Assembly (NCBI GenBank): GCA_963743305.1
Contig: CAVUPH010000037.1
Span: forward strand, 15,177 to 79,176
DNA from: an uncultured delta proteobacterium
Lineage (GTDB): Bacteria > Desulfobacterota > RBG-13-43-22
DNA: 64,000 bases
Direction: 5' to 3'
Within the stretch, counting starts at the first letter, position 1. Every line of letters starts with the position of its first letter. Below, in pieces: positions 60,683 to 64,000 of this stretch. A model generated the notes under the pieces. That model searched no databases. It was not told the origin of the DNA and worked only from the letters and a program-made list of their open reading frames with translations. The translations under genes were made by a program, and so were the position numbers.

Positions 60683-61915
60683 ATGAAACCAACTAACCCA
60701 CGCATCCTGACGATCAATGGCGGCTCTTCAAGCATCAAGTTCTCGCTGTTCGAGGCCAGAGACTCGCTCCAACGGATTCTGGAGGGCCAAATTACGCGAA
60801 TTGGACTGTCGGAGTCCACCTTTCAGGTGAAAGGCATGAACCAGGCGGACAACTTTTCGCGTCTGGTGACGGCGCCGGACCACGCGACGGCCGTGGGCCT
60901 TCTGATGGATTATATCGAGGAACGCAGCGGGCGTGATGCCTTGACCGCGGTGGGGCATCGCGTGGTGCATGGCGGGCCAAAGTATAGCCAGCCGCAACGA
61001 ATCAACGCGGAAATGGTGGAGGAGCTACACCGGCTCAGTCCATTCGATCCTGAGCATCTGCCGGAGGAGATCCTGTTGACCGAGGCCTTTCAGCGCCGAT
61101 TTCCCGACCTGCCCCAAGTGGCGTGTTTCGACACGGCTTTTCACCATGACCTGCCGCGCGTGGCCCGGTTGTTGCCGATCCCGCGCCGCTATGAAGCGCA
61201 AGGGGTGCGGCGGTATGGATTTCATGGGTTGTCGTATGCCTTTCTCATGGGGGAACTGGCCCGTCTGGCCGGAACGGAAGCGGCCCAAGGCCGGGTCATC
61301 CTCGCCCACCTCGGTAATGGCGCGAGCCTGGCGGCGGTGTCCGGTGGGAAGAGCATCGACACCAGCATGTCCTTCACGCCCGCAGCGGGTCTGGTGATGA
61401 GCACCCGCTCCGGTGATTTGGACCCGGGACTGGTGTCGTTCATGGCGCGACGCGAACAGATGACGGCGAACCAATTTGACCGGATGGTTAATCACGAATC
61501 GGGGCTGCTCGGAGTTTCGGAGACCAGCTCGGACCTGCGAGACTTGCTCGACCGAGAAACGCTTGACGTCCGAGCGGCGGAAGCGGTCGCGTTGTTTTGT
61601 TATCAGGCAAAAAAGTGGATCGGTGCGTTCGCGGCGGCGCTGGGCGGACTGGACACGCTCGTCTTCGCCGGAGGCATCGGCGAAAACGCGCCACTCATCC
61701 GCGCGCGCATCTGCGAGGGACTGGGCTTCCTCGGCATCGAACTGAATGAGACGCGCAATGCGGAGGGGGCGGGCGTAATTTCCAGGGAAGCCAGCCGGGC
61801 TACGGTTCGGGTCATTCGCACGGACGAAGAACTGATGATTGCGCGCTCGGTGTGCCGCGTTTTGGGACTTGGCCTGAACATTGAAAAAGAGAATTCCGAA
61901 CAGGCGACGAAATAG
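60683..61915 (+). CDS. ackA: Acetate/propionate kinase
   Basis: INGGSSSIKF, GHRVVHGG, FDTAFH, RYGFHGLS, HLGNGAS, GGIGEN, TDEE. Confidence 0.96.
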   Translation: MKPTNPRILTINGGSSSIKFSLFEARDSLQRILEGQITRIGLSESTFQVKGMNQADNFSRLVTAPDHATAVGLLMDYIEERSGRDALTAVGHRVVHGGPKYSQPQRINAEMVEELHRLSPFDPEHLPEEILLTEAFQRRFPDLPQVACFDTAFHHDLPRVARLLPIPRRYEAQGVRRYGFHGLSYAFLMGELARLAGTEAAQGRVILAHLGNGASLAAVSGGKSIDTSMSFTPAAGLVMSTRSGDLDPGLVSFMARREQMTANQFDRMVNHESGLLGVSETSSDLRDLLDRETLDVRAAEAVALFCYQAKKWIGAFAAALGGLDTLVFAGGIGENAPLIRARICEGLGFLGIELNETRNAEGAGVISREASRATVRVIRTDEELMIARSVCRVLGLGLNIEKENSEQATK

Positions 61916-61998
61916 ATCTCTGGGCTGGATCCGTTTCCGGGAGGCGGTGTCCCCAGAGCGAAGAAAATCGAAAAGAAAAGAATGAAAGGAGTACGGTT

Positions 61999-62796
61999 AT
62001 GCTAATCAAAGCCAAAACACTAAAGGGTTACAAATTGAAGAGTCTTGATGGGGAAATAGGGAAGGTCAATGAATTCTACTTCGATGACCATCACTGGACC
62101 ATTCGCTATCTGGTCGCAGACACGGGGATGAGCTGGCTCTTGGACAAGCAGGTGCTGATTTCCCCTTATGCGCTGGTTGCCGTGGAAAAAGAAGAGCAAC
62201 GCATCGTCATCAATTTAACCAAAAAGCAGATTGAGGACAGCCCCTCCTTAGACAGTGACAAACCCGTTTCGCGACAATTCGAGGAGGCCTACTACGGGTA
62301 TTATGGATGGCCGATGTATTGGAGCGGCCCAAACATGTGGGGGTCCTATCCCTACATTGTGCGGGACCCTGAAAAATGGAGAAAATCCACCCAGGGGGAA
62401 AAATCGTGGGATCCCCATTTGCGGAGCACTCAAGCTGTGAGTGGCCATTACGTCCAAGCCGTAGATGGCGAGATCGGCCACGTCGAGGATTTTATCATCG
62501 ATGACGATACCTGGGCGATCCGTTATCTGATCATCGATACCCGGAACTGGTGGCCGGGAAAAAAGGTCCTGGTTTCACCGCAGTGGATCGAGCGCATTAG
62601 TTGGCAGGATTCGAAAGTCTTCATCAATCTTAGCCGCGAGATCATCAAGCAGTCACCGGAATACACGGAGGGGTCTCTGCTGACCCGGGATTATGAGACC
62701 GATCTGCATCGACATTACAATCGACAAGGATACTGGGTCGATGAACCGGCTGCCGTTAAAAAGGAACCTGATCGTGAAAACCAAAAAGGGATCTGA
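61999..62796 (+). CDS. Tandem PRC-barrel domain protein
   Basis: Two repeats of DGEIGxVxxFxxDDxxWxIRYLxxDTxxW...VLxSP. Confidence 0.88.
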   Translation: MLIKAKTLKGYKLKSLDGEIGKVNEFYFDDHHWTIRYLVADTGMSWLLDKQVLISPYALVAVEKEEQRIVINLTKKQIEDSPSLDSDKPVSRQFEEAYYGYYGWPMYWSGPNMWGSYPYIVRDPEKWRKSTQGEKSWDPHLRSTQAVSGHYVQAVDGEIGHVEDFIIDDDTWAIRYLIIDTRNWWPGKKVLVSPQWIERISWQDSKVFINLSREIIKQSPEYTEGSLLTRDYETDLHRHYNRQGYWVDEPAAVKKEPDRENQKGI

Positions 62797-62809
62797 AAGG
62801 AGCGTTGTT

Positions 62810-64000
62810 ATGAAGGTGGAAAGTGGGGTTCAGGGGAACATCGCCGTGGAAACGGAGAAGAGGAAAAAAACGGATAAGCCGTTATCGCCCGATCTGCTGC
62901 GAAAGATGAACGCCTACTGGCGCGCCGCCAACTATCTGTCGGTCGGCCAGATTTATCTCTACGACAATCCGCTGCTGAAGCAGCCGCTGAAACTGTCGCA
63001 CGTGAAGCCGCTGGTGGTCGGACACTGGGGCACGACGCCGGGCCAGAATTTCATCTATGTGCATTTGAACCGGGTCATCAAAAAGTATGATCTTAATATG
63101 TTCTATATTGCCGGTCCCGGTCACGGCGGGCCGGCGCTGGTGGGCAATACGTATCTCGAAGGCACCTACAGTGAGATTTATCCGAACGTCACCCAGGACG
63201 AAGCCGGGCTGAAAAAGCTGTTCACGCAATTCTCGTTTCCCGGCGGGATTTCCAGCCACGTTGCGCCGACGACGCCGGGCTCGATTCACGAAGGCGGCGA
63301 GCTGGGGTACTCGCTCAGTCATGCCTTCGGGGCTGCCTTCGACAATCCCGATCTGATCGTCGCCTGCGTCGTCGGCGACGGCGAAGCGGAAACGGGTCCC
63401 TTGGCGACCGCCTGGCAGTCCAACAAGTTCCTCAACCCGATTACCGACGGGGCCGTGCTGCCGATCCTGCACCTCAATGGCTACAAGATCAGCAACCCGA
63501 CCGTGCTGGCCCGCATCAAGTCTGAGGAGTTGGAGCAATTCCTGCGAGGCTGCGGCTGGACGCCCTACTTTGTGGAAGGCGATGAGCCGGAAAAGATGCA
63601 TCAACGCATGGCCGCCATCTTGGACAAGGCCATCGAGGAGATCCGGCACATCCAAGGCAAGGCGCGGGACAAAAACGACACCACCCGGCCGCGCTGGCCC
63701 ATGGTCGTCCTTGAGGTCACCCAAGGGCTGGACGGGACCGAAAGTCGTCGATGGCCTGCAAATCGAAGGCACCTTTCGAGCCCACCAGGTGCCGATCCTG
63801 GTGGATTCCGAGCATCCCGATCATCTCCAGCAGCTCGAGAGCTGGATGAAGAGCTACAAGGCGGGAGGAATTATTCGATAAAAATGGCCGACTCAGGCCG
63901 GGGCTGTCCGCGCTGGCTCCGGAAGGCAACCGGCGGATGGCACCAATCCCCATGCCAACGGCGGCCTTCTGCTGCGCGACCTGCGAATGCCGGACTTCCA
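62810..64000 (+). CDS. xfp: Phosphoketolase (XFP), 3' truncated by window edge; frameshifts near 63715 and later
   Basis: AGGAG RBS and ATG 62810; [54 protein letters not shown]; absent from the ORF track because the frame runs off the end. Confidence 0.95.
   Translation, partial: MKVESGVQGNIAVETEKRKKTDKPLSPDLLRKMNAYWRAANYLSVGQIYLYDNPLLKQPLKLSHVKPLVVGHWGTTPGQNFIYVHLNRVIKKYDLNMFYIAGPGHGGPALVGNTYLEGTYSEIYPNVTQDEAGLKKLFTQFSFPGGISSHVAPTTPGSIHEGGELGYSLSHAFGAAFDNPDLIVACVVGDGEAETGPLATAWQSNKFLNPITDGAVLPILHLNGYKISNPTVLARIKSEELEQFLRGCGWTPYFVEGDEPEKMHQRMAAILDKAIEEIRHIQGKARDKNDTTRPRWPMVVLEVTQGLDGTESRRWPANRRHLSSPPGADPGGFRASRSSPAARELDEELQGGRNYSIKMADSGRGCPRWLRKATGGWHQSPCQRRPSAARPANAGLP

Noticed and set aside
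1-64000. tRNA (including selC), rRNA, transposase, integrase or phage genes
   Set aside because: None recognised by eye; a tRNAscan-SE or Infernal run would be needed to exclude small RNAs

Overview
A 64 kb chromosomal window from a Gram-negative bacterium, probably Desulfobacterota/Deltaproteobacteria (inferred from gene content). No rRNA, tRNA, CRISPR array or transposase was found. It has five blocks. (1) 1-28.9 kb: lipid A/LPS core locus with an msbA-like gene, a possible lipid A modification cassette, lptF, lpxK, five GT9 enzymes, a lipid A acyltransferase, GT2/GT4s, deacetylases, a heptose kinase, an O-antigen ligase and ugd, with several nested palindromic repeat families between genes. 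(2) 28.9-32.2 kb: DUF4416-yicC-remA-gmk-rlmB. (3) 32.6-40 kb: an AT-rich, about 1860 aa secreted propeller/beta-helix protein sharing a C-terminal YLPxxLK tail with an unrelated secreted protein at 14.6-15.5 kb, plus a convergent GT-C-like gene pair. (4) 40.2-48 kb: a minus-strand redox operon next to marR, a CLC gene and a histidine kinase. Its first gene is an exported rhodanese with two in-frame UGA codons at the active site (Y-U-A-U) followed by a SECIS-like hairpin, then a 7-heme cytochrome c, a Tat Rieske protein, cytochrome b and a PCYCGC-like protein. This is the most interesting find. (5) 48.9-64 kb: a glycogen-to-acetate island (HAD, tal, pgi, pgm, glgP, deleted glgX/malQ, ackA, xfp). 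Many genes, including lpxK, carry single-base frameshifts that are most likely assembly errors.
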